From Candidatus Uhrbacteria bacterium (GTDB lineage: Bacteria; Patescibacteriota; Patescibacteriia; UBA9934; GWF2-40-263), in assembly GCA_016188495.1 (NCBI GenBank), contig JACPHU010000002.1, positions 111,466-175,465 on the forward strand: DNA of 64,000 bases, read 5' to 3'. Below the pieces are notes generated by a model. It was not told where the DNA came from, did not search any database, and saw only the letters and a list, made by a program, of their open reading frames with translations. Below are positions 1 to 10,726 of the stretch, one piece after another; position 1 is the first letter of the stretch; every line of letters begins with the position of its first letter. Made by a program: the position numbers and the translations under genes.

Positions 1-1
1 G

Positions 2-919
2 CTTTCTCAAAAAATTCTTTCAGGAGTGTTGCGCACAGGAGAACGGTTTGGCGCCGGGTATGTGTGTGACGTTCTTCGTGGATCTGCACGGGATCGTGTG
101 GTTGAAAATAAACATGATCGGCTCTCTGTGTATGGTATTGCGAAAGATGTCTCTCGTCAGGAAGTGATGCTTTCGATTGATTTGCTTTTGCGCTATGGCT
201 ATTTGGAAAAACAGCTTGGAGAATATCCAACTCTGCGAGTGAGTGGGGAAGGAAAAAAAGCGTTGACACACCGAGAACCTATTTTATTGCCGAAAATAGA
301 AACGGGTTCTGTGTTGAAACGTGCAAAAAAGGAAAAGGAGACAGATTACGATTTCGAGTTGTTTACCAAACTGCGCCAGTTAAGAAAACAGATTGCCGAT
401 CAGCAGGGAGTCCCTCCATTTGTGGTATTTGGAGATAGAAGTCTTCAAGAGATGTCACGAGCATATCCTCAAGACACAACTGCATTTTCAACGATTTTTG
501 GAGTAGGAGACACGAAGCTAAAGCAATACGGAGAATTATTCGTGAGCCATATTGTTGAGTATGTTCAAGAGAAGGGGATGAGCGTAACCGCACCAAAGAA
601 AGAAGTTATTCTTTTAAAAAAAGAACGTATTGGATCTACGATACAAAAAACAAAAGAGCTTATTGAGAAGAAATATACCCTGGAACAGATCGCGAACGCA
701 CGAGGATTCGTTTGCTCTACCATTGTGCAACATATTGAACAACTGGTTCAGATGGGAGCGGAGTTGGACATTGAGTATCTCAAACCCGCACCTGAAAGAA
801 TAGAAAAAATCAAAGAAGCTTTTGTTCACACAAATTCATCAGCGTTATCTCCCGTCAAAGAATTTCTTGGAGAAGAATATTCTTACGACGAGATTCGTCT
901 TGGAAGATTGTTTTTGTGA
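2..919 (+). CDS. recQ: ATP-dependent DNA helicase RecQ, C-terminal part (RQC winged helix, HRDC, HTH); 5'-truncated by window
   Basis: Frame open from base 2 (LSQKILSGVLRTGERFG); HRDC motif LFTKLRQLRKQIADQQGVPPFVVFGDRSL; C-terminal HTH ending SYDEIRL. Confidence 0.9.
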   Translation, partial: LSQKILSGVLRTGERFGAGYVCDVLRGSARDRVVENKHDRLSVYGIAKDVSRQEVMLSIDLLLRYGYLEKQLGEYPTLRVSGEGKKALTHREPILLPKIETGSVLKRAKKEKETDYDFELFTKLRQLRKQIADQQGVPPFVVFGDRSLQEMSRAYPQDTTAFSTIFGVGDTKLKQYGELFVSHIVEYVQEKGMSVTAPKKEVILLKKERIGSTIQKTKELIEKKYTLEQIANARGFVCSTIVQHIEQLVQMGAELDIEYLKPAPERIEKIKEAFVHTNSSALSPVKEFLGEEYSYDEIRLGRLFL

Positions 920-958
920 AATGTTTTTGTCTCATTTGTTATACTGCTCTCTACAACT

Positions 959-2251
959 ATGGCTCAAAAAATAACGATGGGAAAAGAATTTAAAGCGGCT
1001 TATAAGGCGATGAATGAAACAGATCAACATCTGTTTCTTACGGGTCGTGCTGGAACGGGCAAATCCACCCTTCTTGAATATTTTCGCAAACAGACACAGA
1101 AAAAACATGTAGTGTTGGCGTCCACGGGTGTCGCAGCTCTTCATGTAAAGGGACAAACGATCCATTCCTTTTTTGGTTTTCATCCGGCTATTGCCCCAGA
1201 GCTCGTTCAAAGGGCATTTCCTGACGCTCTGCCTCTTTTTAATGCAATTGAGACGATTGTGATTGACGAGATTTCCATGGTCCGTGCAGATCTTTTAGAT
1301 TGTATTGATCGCGCATTGCGTCTAAATCGCGGACGACCAAAAGAACCTTTTGGAGGAGTCCAAATGATTTTTATTGGAGATTTATTCCAGCTTCCTCCTG
1401 TTGTGACACGCGATGAAACCGTTCGTTTTGAAACAGAATATTCCTCGCCTTATTTTTTTTCGGCGAACGTCATGCGTGAGATAAAGATACATTTGATTGA
1501 GTTGAAAAAAGTGTATCGACAAAAAGAAAAATTTTTTATCGATCTATTGGAACGTCTACGCACAGGGATGTCGGATGAAGCCGATGTGGACGCGTGGAAT
1601 GAACGCCATGATCCTTATTTTGATCCAACAGAAGAAACGGGCTTTATTCACCTCACGACAACCAATAAAATGGCTCAGCAACGTAATGACTATGAATTAA
1701 AGCAACTTCCTGGAAAAGAATGGAAATTACACGCGCAATCTTTAGGTGAACTTCCAGATCGGAGAATGCCTTCCGAATCCGTTATTTGTGTAAAAGAAGG
1801 GGCGCGCATCATGTTTACCACCAATGATCCTGAAAAACGTTGGGTGAATGGAACGCTTGGAACGATTATACGTATTCGACAAAAAGAGCTTGCCAAATTT
1901 CCTTTGCTTGAAGTTGAATTGGAAGACGGTTCTTGTGTGGAAGTTCAACAGCATAAATGGGAATTATTTGAATATGAACACGATGGCGACGGAGGCCTTG
2001 CAGAATCAGTGATCGGTTCTTACACGCAATATCCCATTACTCTTGCTTGGGCCGTGACGATTCATAAAGGACAAGGAAAAACATTTGACCGTATTCTTGT
2101 GGATGTGGGCTGGGGAGCTTTTGCTCATGGGCAGCTCTATGTGGCACTGAGCCGTTGTACGACTTTTAAAGGTTTGGTGCTCCTTAAACCTTTTCGAACC
2201 AAAGACGTGATTCTTGATCAAGCTGTGGTGGATTTTATGAATATTTTTTGA
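959..2251 (+). CDS. Pif1/RecD-like SF1B DNA helicase
   Basis: FLTGRAGTGKS Walker A, IDEISM, GDLFQLPPV, QYPITLAWAVTIHKGQG, YVALSR. Confidence 0.9.
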   Translation: MAQKITMGKEFKAAYKAMNETDQHLFLTGRAGTGKSTLLEYFRKQTQKKHVVLASTGVAALHVKGQTIHSFFGFHPAIAPELVQRAFPDALPLFNAIETIVIDEISMVRADLLDCIDRALRLNRGRPKEPFGGVQMIFIGDLFQLPPVVTRDETVRFETEYSSPYFFSANVMREIKIHLIELKKVYRQKEKFFIDLLERLRTGMSDEADVDAWNERHDPYFDPTEETGFIHLTTTNKMAQQRNDYELKQLPGKEWKLHAQSLGELPDRRMPSESVICVKEGARIMFTTNDPEKRWVNGTLGTIIRIRQKELAKFPLLEVELEDGSCVEVQQHKWELFEYEHDGDGGLAESVIGSYTQYPITLAWAVTIHKGQGKTFDRILVDVGWGAFAHGQLYVALSRCTTFKGLVLLKPFRTKDVILDQAVVDFMNIF

Positions 2252-2333
2252 CTTTCATCCCTCTTTCTTGTAATATTTCAAAATAAAACACCGCTTTGGA
2301 GGCGGTGTTTGTGTATCACATTATTCCTCTTTT

Positions 2334-3794
2334 ATGGCTCAAGGCAATACCGTTATTCGATTTGAAAATGTTTCTTTTGGATACGATGACGATAGTCCCA
2401 TTCTGGATGAGACAAGTTTTTCTGTTCCTGAAAATGGAAAGTTTACGGTGATGGGACAAAACGGAGCAGGAAAGAGCACGATTTTTAAACTCATTACCGG
2501 TGAGTTAAAACCAGATGAGGGAAAGATTCATCTTCCTCTTAATGCCACGATCGCCACAGCCAAACAGGTGATGGCGCGTGAGTATTTGACTCAAACGGTA
2601 TCGGAGTTTTTTGCGCACGCCTTTGCCGAAAAAAAATATGATTTGGATCGCAGAATCCAGAATGTTCTGGACACCGTAAACCTCTCGACTTCGCTTGAGA
2701 AAAAAATCGGAGAGTTCTCCGGGGGACAACAAGCACGCTTATTACTGGCGTATGCCCTGATTCAGGAGCCTGATATTTTGTTATTAGATGAGCCGACCAA
2801 TAATTTGGATCGCGACGGCATCGATCATCTCACCGCGTTTCTCATCATGTACGATAAGACCGTTCTGGTCATTTCCCATGACGCGGATTTTTTGAACGCT
2901 TTTACCGAAGGCGTGCTCCATCTGGATGTGTTTACCGGCAAGGTGGAAAAGTACGACGGAAACTATACGGATGTGGTTGAGGAAATTTCTGTCCGTGTGG
3001 AGCGTGACCGCATGAACAACGCCCGCATGCTCAAGGAGATTCAGGACCGCAAAGACAAGATCAACTTCTTCGCCCACAAAGGAGGAAAAATGCGCAAGCT
3101 TGCAAGCAAGCTGCGCGACCAGGTCGCGGATGCCGAAGAAAACATGGTCGACGTGAAGCGCGATGACAAGACGATTAAAGAGTTTACGATTCCCGCACAG
3201 CTGTTTACGGATGTCATTGTTCATTTGACCTCTGTGAAGGTGATTAAAAACCATCAGCCCCAGGATGTTGCATTGGATTTGAAATTGCGCAAAGGGCAGC
3301 ACTTGCTTGTGAGCGGACCAAACGGGATCGGCAAGAGCACGCTGCTGCGCACTTTGTTTGAAGGACAAGATGCTGGCGCGAAGATTACGGAAGGCGTGCA
3401 GGTGGGGTATTACCGCCAGGATTTTTCCGGGCTGGATTTTGAACAGACCGCCTATCAGTCGCTTGAGTCGGTGATGGGGGTTCCAAACAATGAAACGTTG
3501 CGTCGCACCGCCGCCCAGTTTTTGCTTGATTCCGACGCGTTGCGCACCAAAGTGGGAGCCCTGTCAGAAGGCCAGAAGGGGTTGTTGTGCTTTGCCCGTT
3601 TCGTGCTGCAGGCTCCGGGGCTTTTGATTTTTGACGAGCCGACCAATCACATCAATTTCCGCCATTTGCCTGTTATCGCAGAAGCCCTCAATACGTATGA
3701 AGGCGCGATGATCGTCGTCAGCCACGCGGAAGAATTTGTGAAAAGCATTCGTTTCGATCAAGAGCTCGATTTATCTACGAAAGGTTCTTCGTAA
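2334..3794 (+). CDS. ABC-F family ATP-binding protein
   Basis: Two ABC domains (GQNGAGKST/FSGGQ/LLDEPTNNLD; GPNGIGKST/LSEGQ/FDEPTNH), no TM segments. Confidence 0.9.
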   Translation: MAQGNTVIRFENVSFGYDDDSPILDETSFSVPENGKFTVMGQNGAGKSTIFKLITGELKPDEGKIHLPLNATIATAKQVMAREYLTQTVSEFFAHAFAEKKYDLDRRIQNVLDTVNLSTSLEKKIGEFSGGQQARLLLAYALIQEPDILLLDEPTNNLDRDGIDHLTAFLIMYDKTVLVISHDADFLNAFTEGVLHLDVFTGKVEKYDGNYTDVVEEISVRVERDRMNNARMLKEIQDRKDKINFFAHKGGKMRKLASKLRDQVADAEENMVDVKRDDKTIKEFTIPAQLFTDVIVHLTSVKVIKNHQPQDVALDLKLRKGQHLLVSGPNGIGKSTLLRTLFEGQDAGAKITEGVQVGYYRQDFSGLDFEQTAYQSLESVMGVPNNETLRRTAAQFLLDSDALRTKVGALSEGQKGLLCFARFVLQAPGLLIFDEPTNHINFRHLPVIAEALNTYEGAMIVVSHAEEFVKSIRFDQELDLSTKGSS

Positions 3795-3797
3795 GAT

Positions 3798-4487
3798 ATG
3801 TTTCATCCAACCGTGTTGTACGAAGATAATCATCTTCTGGTCGTCGAAAAGCCTGTGAATATTCCCGTACAGGAAGACGCGAGCGAGGATATGGATTTTC
3901 TGACTCTGCTGAAACAGTGGATTAAAGAAAAAGATCACAAGCCTGGCAATGTGTTTCTTGGGCTCGTGCATCGACTAGATCGTCCGGTGGGAGGGGCGAT
4001 GGTGTTTGCCAAAACATCCAAAGCCGCATCCCGCCTGGGCAAACAGATGTATGCCCGGACCTTTGAAAAAGAATATCTGACCGTAGTGCGAGGAACCCCG
4101 ATGTTTGATTCCGGTCGACTCGTACACTGGCTTTTGAAAGATGAAATCACAAATGTCGTTTCTGTGGTCAATGAAACAACGCCAGATGCCAAACGTGCGG
4201 TTCTTGAGTACGAAGTTCTTCAGACGCAAGAGAATTTGAGCCTTGTCCATATCCAATTGGAAACCGGCCGTTCGCACCAGATACGTGTGCAGTTGGCATA
4301 CATGGGATGTCCGATTTACGGAGATCAAAAATACGGCGCTTCCGTAAATGAACCAGGCCAGCAATTAGCTTTGTGGTCGACGCAGATCCGTTTTTTTCAT
4401 CCAACAAAAGATGAACCAATGATGTTTACAAGTACTCCACCAAAAGAATATCCATGGAATCTTTTTGGCGATCAAATTGATTTTTGA
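3798..4487 (+). CDS. RluA-family pseudouridine synthase
   Basis: VHRLDRPVGG, LETGRSHQIRVQ, GDQKYG. Confidence 0.92.
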   Translation: MFHPTVLYEDNHLLVVEKPVNIPVQEDASEDMDFLTLLKQWIKEKDHKPGNVFLGLVHRLDRPVGGAMVFAKTSKAASRLGKQMYARTFEKEYLTVVRGTPMFDSGRLVHWLLKDEITNVVSVVNETTPDAKRAVLEYEVLQTQENLSLVHIQLETGRSHQIRVQLAYMGCPIYGDQKYGASVNEPGQQLALWSTQIRFFHPTKDEPMMFTSTPPKEYPWNLFGDQIDF

Positions 4488-4537
4488 AATATAAAAAAAG
4501 CTTCGTCCTGTTGAGGAGAAGCTTCCGTATGTGTTAC

Positions 4538-5911
4538 TTACTCGAGACACAACACAGTATAGTCTTGTTTTCCCTCCGTGTTGATGAAGGTAACCTCGAC
4601 CTGTGCGGCAACGACCCTGAAGTCAATGACCTTTTTAACAGAGGTCGGCATCAGGGGCGCCATGATTTTTTCGCCATTGACGTAGACCGCTTCGGTCCCG
4701 TCGGGCTCTCTCTTGGCATAGACGGCTTTGGTCCCCACGGGAAGAAAACGGATACTCATACCAATAGAGTGTCCGTTTTCGTCGTACGCAGGTACATACG
4801 CATCGCGCATCTGCGGATCCAATACGGTGTCACCCTCAATCAGGATGAACTCGTATGAACTCTTCATGACCAGCGCGATCGGAGCTTTTGCTCCCATACT
4901 CACCTGGAGCACGTCGTTCAGCGGGGGGCCCATAAGTTCTCCGCCCCAGGACAGGCGATTTCCCCACTCACCCGCAATGGTCAACAACGGTTTTCTCCCC
5001 ACCTCGCCGTTGAACTGGCGAGCGTGGGAGGTTCCTGTAAATCTCCGGAACCCTTTTTCAGCGTCCCAGATGAGGGTATGGTCGTACCATTTGCCGACCC
5101 TGTTGTTTCCGCTATGGATGCGGAACATGATGAACGATCCGAACTGCTGAAATTCGGTAACAGTTCCTCGAACATACTCGAGATTCTTCTCATATGCCCG
5201 ATAGAGATCTGTTAAATCGTGATGTTCACCCCCGATACTGATTCCCTCCACACGGTTCTCATCTTCCGACACATTCAGCGTGATGGCTTCTCCGCTTCGC
5301 GCCAGCGCGTACGGCTTGTGTGCGAAGGGGCCCTGAAGAATGTTTCCATTCTCGAGCACCCAACAGACGATGTTCCACGACACTGTCCTGAGAGCCAGTA
5401 TCGTTCGACCCCTCAAGTGTTCGAAAGAAGAAGATGCATCACGATCACGATCCATATAATGGATCTCGTCTACTCTACCTAGGGACAGGGCTGAGGGTCC
5501 ATAACACAAGATGGAGTCATTCTCCGTGGTCGTACCAACGATGAGGATGTGGCCTGCGCCATAGGCGGCATTCCACCTATTTACACCCTTGACCACTCGC
5601 ACTGAGGCGAAGGTCCTGAGGGTTGATCCGTACACGTAATCCCAGACTTCCCGGTCATCCTTCTGGGCACGTCGAGCGATATAGCTGAGGTGGTCTGTCG
5701 AGATGAGCGTGATTTCCTGATACACGGGTCCGATACTCGCTGTTCCGTTTCGATAAATGAGGATTGATTCGCCACCCGTCCTTTTGAGAAGGAGGATGGA
5801 ATTCCCCTCGTATCCCCGGATAATGCTTTCGCAATCGCAGAATTCGACTCCACGGATCAAAAGCTTACCACCCATAACCGTGATGTCGCCACCGTGCATT
5901 GACTGCAGCAT
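4538..5911 (-). CDS. Hypothetical protein, beta-rich (possible propeller)
   Basis: 457-aa ORF, GC-richer than flanks, GGGAG SD; TTGACA-17-TATAAA promoter at 6008-5980. Confidence 0.65.
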   Translation of the reverse strand: MLQSMHGGDITVMGGKLLIRGVEFCDCESIIRGYEGNSILLLKRTGGESILIYRNGTASIGPVYQEITLISTDHLSYIARRAQKDDREVWDYVYGSTLRTFASVRVVKGVNRWNAAYGAGHILIVGTTTENDSILCYGPSALSLGRVDEIHYMDRDRDASSSFEHLRGRTILALRTVSWNIVCWVLENGNILQGPFAHKPYALARSGEAITLNVSEDENRVEGISIGGEHHDLTDLYRAYEKNLEYVRGTVTEFQQFGSFIMFRIHSGNNRVGKWYDHTLIWDAEKGFRRFTGTSHARQFNGEVGRKPLLTIAGEWGNRLSWGGELMGPPLNDVLQVSMGAKAPIALVMKSSYEFILIEGDTVLDPQMRDAYVPAYDENGHSIGMSIRFLPVGTKAVYAKREPDGTEAVYVNGEKIMAPLMPTSVKKVIDFRVVAAQVEVTFINTEGKQDYTVLCLE

Positions 5912-6019
5912 GCTTTACTCCCTATTTTTGGTTGAATTGCATGAAGTAAGAAGACGTTCTGTCCTTCAGGCAACCACCTTTTATACACGAAAATTCATTT
6001 TTTGTCAACCAATCCGAAC

Positions 6020-6192
6020 AGACCGTTGAAAAACTCGAATATCATGCCAAATTTTATTCCCTGAACTGTTCGTCGTGAGCTAGTCGAACGATCGAAGGGG
6101 CAAAATTTGGCTAAATCATCTGCGGCCTTCGACGGATTCGACAAGCTCACCGTAGACAGGCTCAGGCAATATGAGGAGTATTTCAACGGTCT
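6020..6192. mobile_element. MITE-like hairpin element with nested REP-like palindromes
   Basis: Terminal IR AGACCGTTGAAAAACTC / GAGTATTTCAACGGTCT (1 mismatch); inner CCCTGA..TCGAAGGG and CTTCGAC..GCTCAGG motifs. Confidence 0.6.
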
Positions 6193-6501
6193 CCTGTCTT
6201 TAAAAAAATAGAGACAAGGACGATATTTGGTAGCGAATACGACAGGGGCTGCTTGGCGTGTACCTGTGTTTTATCTTGAAAATGTTTAAGGAGAAATTCT
6301 TAGATTTCTAAATCTCTTGTTTTATCGTTGGTCAGATATCCAATCTTTTTTTGTCTTTCTTTATTCTATTCTTTTGTTGATCGTGACAAAAACCGTAGTA
6401 GATATGATTTCTTATGGAAAAGAACACGGCTTTTTTTTATTTGCTGCAAAACAAGCTGTTTGAAAGACAGCGACGGAGAGTTTTATGTTAAAATGGCTGT
6501 A

Positions 6502-6915
6502 ATGTTTTATTTTTTTTACCTCTTTCTTTTTTACAGTTTCGTTGGATGGCTGATTGATTCAGGTTATCGTTCTTTTTTAGATCGTCGATGGGTTCGAGGG
6601 GGATTTTCTGTTTTGCCATTTGCGCCAAGCTATGGGCTAGGAGCCGTTTTCTTGTTTTCTCTGGGGCCATTGGTGGCACCTCTACCGTTAGCTATGCAAT
6701 GGATGTTGTTAGGTTTTTTCTTTGCTGCTTATGAATACACGTGTGGACATTTGGGTGTTCTGTTAAACAAACGCCGTCTTTGGGATTACTCCGGCGGATT
6801 TTTAAACATCCACGGACATACGGATCTGTTGCATGCGATCTATTGGGCCACGCTTTCATTAGGGGTTTTTCATTGGTTCCACCCTTGGCTGCTTGAAATA
6901 TTCTTTAAAACATAA
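6502..6915 (+). CDS. Membrane protein, putative ABC-transporter permease-like (CmpB/TMEM229-like)
   Basis: FLFYSFVGW..E/D, PSYGLGA, EY..G, LWDYS...N.HG pattern; start moved to ATG after TGTTAAAAT. Confidence 0.7.
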   Translation: MFYFFYLFLFYSFVGWLIDSGYRSFLDRRWVRGGFSVLPFAPSYGLGAVFLFSLGPLVAPLPLAMQWMLLGFFFAAYEYTCGHLGVLLNKRRLWDYSGGFLNIHGHTDLLHAIYWATLSLGVFHWFHPWLLEIFFKT

Positions 6916-6989
6916 GTTTTAGGGAAACTTCTTGTTTTTTCTGTGTTTGTTTGATACATTTTTCTTGTCTTTAACCAAGGAGGCTCCCA

Positions 6990-7190
6990 ATGGGGAATGA
7001 AGATCCCAAGAATACGTCTTCGGATGAACCACTGTTTTCTTCTCAAACAACAAAGGAACAGAAGAAGGAGGATGGTCATTCACCACATAATTCCCAGCAG
7101 GAACGTCGAAAGTTTCTTCCACCGTTAAGACGGCGGGAATCAAGGTTCTGGCAGACAGAAGGATTTTTTGAAGAGGAAGAAAAAAAGTAA
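6990..7190 (+). CDS. Small hydrophilic hypothetical protein
   Basis: 66 aa, AAGGAGG SD upstream, hairpin downstream (7198-7230). Confidence 0.45.
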   Translation: MGNEDPKNTSSDEPLFSSQTTKEQKKEDGHSPHNSQQERRKFLPPLRRRESRFWQTEGFFEEEEKK

Positions 7191-7273
7191 TATCTCTGAT
7201 CCGGAGCTTTTCTCATTGAAGCATCCGGATTTTTTATTGACTTTCAAGCTCGACCCTTTATGATAACGATCAC

Positions 7274-8521
7274 ATGAAAAAAACTTATGACCACATCGAG
7301 TTATTAGCACCTGCTGGATCTTACGAAGCCTTGCAGGCGGCCATCCATGCAGGATGCGATGCGATTTATTTTGGATTGGGAGGGTTCAACATGCGTGCCA
7401 ATACATCCCAAGCATTTACGCTTGAGGACTTGAAACAGATCGCGCATATTTGCCATGAGGCTCATGTCCGATGTTATCTTGCTCTTAACACGCTGATTTA
7501 TGATGGACAGATTGAGGAAATGAAAAAGGTGATTGATGCTGTAAAAGAAAACGATGTCGATGCGATCATCACTTTTGATACCTCTGCCATTTCGTATGCA
7601 CGAGAGTGCGGCGTGGAAGTTCATCTTTCCACCCAGCATTCCGTTTCCAACATCGAGGCCGTGAAGTTTTTTTCCACGGTTGCTGATCGGATTGTCTTGG
7701 CGCGCGAGCTCACACTAGAACAGATTAAGCAGATTACCCATGAGATTGAGCAGCAGAAGGTATGCGGACCTTCCGGGAGACTCATGGAAATCGAGATTTT
7801 TATCCATGGAGCCATGTGCGTGGCCGTGAGCGGACGCTGTGGCATGAGTTTGTATATGTTCGGGACATCCGCGAATTGTGGTGAGTGCAGCCAGCCCTGC
7901 CGCCGCGCGTTTACAGTGACAGACAAGTCCACGGGCAAGCAGCTTGATATCGAGAACGAGTATGTCATGTCTACAGAAGATTTGTGTACGATCGGTATGC
8001 TGGATGAGATTTTAGACTCCGGCGCTGTCTCGTTGAAGATCGAAGGACGAGGCCGTGCACCCGAATATGTGGACGAGGTTGTAAGATGTTATAGAGAAGC
8101 GATTGACGCCATCCGGGAAGGAACATACACAAAGGAGAAGATTGCCCAGTGGAATACACGACTGAGCTCTGTCTTTAATAGAGGACTCAGCGAGGGATTT
8201 TACCGCGGGGAAGCGTTTAAGCATTGGAGCGGTGAAGCCAATTCTCGCGCCACACAAAAAAGAATTTACGTGGGAATGGTCACGCACTATTACCCCAAAC
8301 AATCCATCGCAGAAATTTCTGTACAGGCGGATGATCTGACCGACGGGCAAGAATGCCTTATTACCGGCACAACCACGGGTGTGTTGCGCTGTAAGGCAGA
8401 GAAGATGATGATAGACGAACAAACAGTTTCAAACGCCAAGCAAGGCGATTGTGTGACGCTCGTTGTTCCAGGAAGAGTGAGGGCAAAAGATAAGTTATAT
8501 AAATTGGTTCCTACAAAATAA
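7274..8521 (+). CDS. U32 peptidase family protein (TrhP/RlhA-like RNA hydroxylation)
   Basis: ELLAPAG, HGAMCVAVSGRC, CSQPCRR, LKIEGRGR. Confidence 0.9.
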   Translation: MKKTYDHIELLAPAGSYEALQAAIHAGCDAIYFGLGGFNMRANTSQAFTLEDLKQIAHICHEAHVRCYLALNTLIYDGQIEEMKKVIDAVKENDVDAIITFDTSAISYARECGVEVHLSTQHSVSNIEAVKFFSTVADRIVLARELTLEQIKQITHEIEQQKVCGPSGRLMEIEIFIHGAMCVAVSGRCGMSLYMFGTSANCGECSQPCRRAFTVTDKSTGKQLDIENEYVMSTEDLCTIGMLDEILDSGAVSLKIEGRGRAPEYVDEVVRCYREAIDAIREGTYTKEKIAQWNTRLSSVFNRGLSEGFYRGEAFKHWSGEANSRATQKRIYVGMVTHYYPKQSIAEISVQADDLTDGQECLITGTTTGVLRCKAEKMMIDEQTVSNAKQGDCVTLVVPGRVRAKDKLYKLVPTK

Positions 8522-8552
8522 AAAATCACCGCCTCAACAGCGGTGATTTTTT
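8521..8552. terminator. Bidirectional intrinsic terminator
   Basis: AAAAATCACCGC-loop-GCGGTGATTTTT between convergent genes. Confidence 0.75.
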
Positions 8553-8565
8553 AAAAGAATTGTTT

Positions 8566-10692
8566 TTATGGAAAATCATACCTGAACAAATACACTTGCC
8601 CCTCACCCAGACTGCGCCAGTCGTTGGCGGTGGTTTTGGCGGTTTCGATGATACGCGGGGCGTCCCACCAGTAGTTGTTGACAAGAAAGAATACCGTGTC
8701 GACGTCTCCATGCATTGGCACAAGCGAAAGAGCTTCTTGGGCGGTTTCGCGTGTGGGGTGATCGTTCATGGTAAGGAAATATTGGTACAGTTTTTCTCCT
8801 GTAGGGATTGGATAGAAAAAAAGATCGCCATAATAGCGGAATCCGATTTCTTGGATGGCAGCAGCAGAAACGGATTGGTTGGCCAGCACCAGATACGGCT
8901 TTCCTTGAGCAAGTGTTTCTGCAAGATGTACGGCATCAATATCCGCCTGGCTCACGTTGAATCCTCGGTTGGTTTCATAGGTATCTCGTCTTGGGTAGCT
9001 TAGGTAGAATGTACTAGCTATCATGACCACCAAAAGAAAAAGGACTCCTGCTCGCAGGACAAATGGTTGCTGTTTAATATTTACGAAGACGTGTCCAAGC
9101 CCCAAAATAAGCAGAGGTGCTAAAAAGAAGAGGATGAGCGGCAAAAGACGATCAGCATAATTTGAACGCTCGTAATTGATGAGAAAGGTAAATTCAAGAA
9201 GCGTGGACATGATGAAATAGTTCATGCCAAGGGCTGCGACCATAATCAACAGAATGCGAAATCGACGGGACAGATCTTTTCGGTATTCTATCCAAGCAAA
9301 ACCAGCGATCAGTATAAATAAAAGGAACGCGTTGAAACCGTAGAGATAGACCAGATCCAACACAGGATCAAATCGGTTTTCAAAAAAGATCGTCAGATTG
9401 AGTCCGTTGATCCAGCTCACAGGATTTAAAGCGCTCCAGTTTATGCCCAGGGATTGTCCACTGATGAGCGCGTTTGCAACGAAACTTAATGGAAGCACGA
9501 TGCACGAAAAGGCAATAAGGAGGATTCGAATGATTTTATTTGTTTTGGGAGTACGAGGATTGGTTCGTCGAGGATCAGTCATTAGAAGCATGAAATAGAG
9601 TCCCGCAGGAATACCGGCAATAGGATGAATGAGAACTGTGGCGAGCGTTGTCAGACCCAACACACCCAGACGGGGGTGTTCTTTTTCAAGCAGATAGGGA
9701 ATAGAAGCAAGGATTCCCAGGAGAACCCAAAGATTTGCCAGAGCCTGCGGGGTGGTCACAATAAATTGTGACAACGGAAGCATGAATAAACCTGATAGGC
9801 ACAACATGGCTGTGGACCTGGTACGCAGGATATGGACGCACGCAAAGTACCAAGCCATGGGAAGCAACATGGCGGTTAAGAACGGAACCAAAAAGGTGTC
9901 CGCCAGATCAACCGAAAATTCAAACCCGTGATGAAGAAATAACACCAATACATACTGCCCAATATAATAAAAAGGTTTTGGCGTGATCGTTCCAACATCG
10001 GCCAGATGAAGTTCTGTTGCTTTGTGAATGAATGAGTCAAATCCAAATCCGATAGGGAACACAATGGCAACGATGCTGATGGTGGCAAACAACAGAATGC
10101 AAACAAGGCTCAACGAAAGAGCTCGTTCTTTGCCTCGCCACAAGAGTCCAAGAATAAGGGTGGTGATCAGTAGATAGCTGATAAAGATGGTTGTTGGTAG
10201 TCGTTCCCAAACAGAACGGACCGCCTCTATGACGGGAGTATTTGCCAATGTGATAAAAAAGTACACGAATAACAAAAGACAAAGACTGGATACCAACCAG
10301 ACAGCAGAAGGGATGCGGTGGCGTTTTTCATGCCACAGATCATGCAAATGAGTGAAGAGCGTTTTTGTTTGGAAACGTTTCGTACACCAAAGGATGATTG
10401 GCGGGGTAAGGAGAATAACGGTGGTGATGAGACCTGACGTGACCTGCCAAACATAGTAGGCAAACGTCAGAACGATGAGAAGACACGAGAGCAATACCCA
10501 AAACCCGAGCCACCAACGCAAAATCGCTTTTTCAGAAAACACGATGACCCCACCTAATTCCCAGCCGAAGACGACGGCGTAGGAAATCAATAAAAAAATT
10601 CCTAAGACGGCGTTGTGCCACAGAGCGTTATTTAAAACAAAAAAAACTAGAAACAGGACACAAAAAATGGTAAGCTCAAGACGTCGCAACAT
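8566..10692 (-). CDS. Polytopic membrane protein, possible GT-C glycosyltransferase
   Basis: 708 aa with many TM helices; GFDSFIH loop; adjacent to glycan genes. Confidence 0.65.
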   Translation of the reverse strand: MLRRLELTIFCVLFLVFFVLNNALWHNAVLGIFLLISYAVVFGWELGGVIVFSEKAILRWWLGFWVLLSCLLIVLTFAYYVWQVTSGLITTVILLTPPIILWCTKRFQTKTLFTHLHDLWHEKRHRIPSAVWLVSSLCLLLFVYFFITLANTPVIEAVRSVWERLPTTIFISYLLITTLILGLLWRGKERALSLSLVCILLFATISIVAIVFPIGFGFDSFIHKATELHLADVGTITPKPFYYIGQYVLVLFLHHGFEFSVDLADTFLVPFLTAMLLPMAWYFACVHILRTRSTAMLCLSGLFMLPLSQFIVTTPQALANLWVLLGILASIPYLLEKEHPRLGVLGLTTLATVLIHPIAGIPAGLYFMLLMTDPRRTNPRTPKTNKIIRILLIAFSCIVLPLSFVANALISGQSLGINWSALNPVSWINGLNLTIFFENRFDPVLDLVYLYGFNAFLLFILIAGFAWIEYRKDLSRRFRILLIMVAALGMNYFIMSTLLEFTFLINYERSNYADRLLPLILFFLAPLLILGLGHVFVNIKQQPFVLRAGVLFLLVVMIASTFYLSYPRRDTYETNRGFNVSQADIDAVHLAETLAQGKPYLVLANQSVSAAAIQEIGFRYYGDLFFYPIPTGEKLYQYFLTMNDHPTRETAQEALSLVPMHGDVDTVFFLVNNYWWDAPRIIETAKTTANDWRSLGEGQVYLFRYDFP

Positions 10693-10726
10693 AAAAAAGC
10701 ATCGAGTGATTTCACTATTTTAACAT

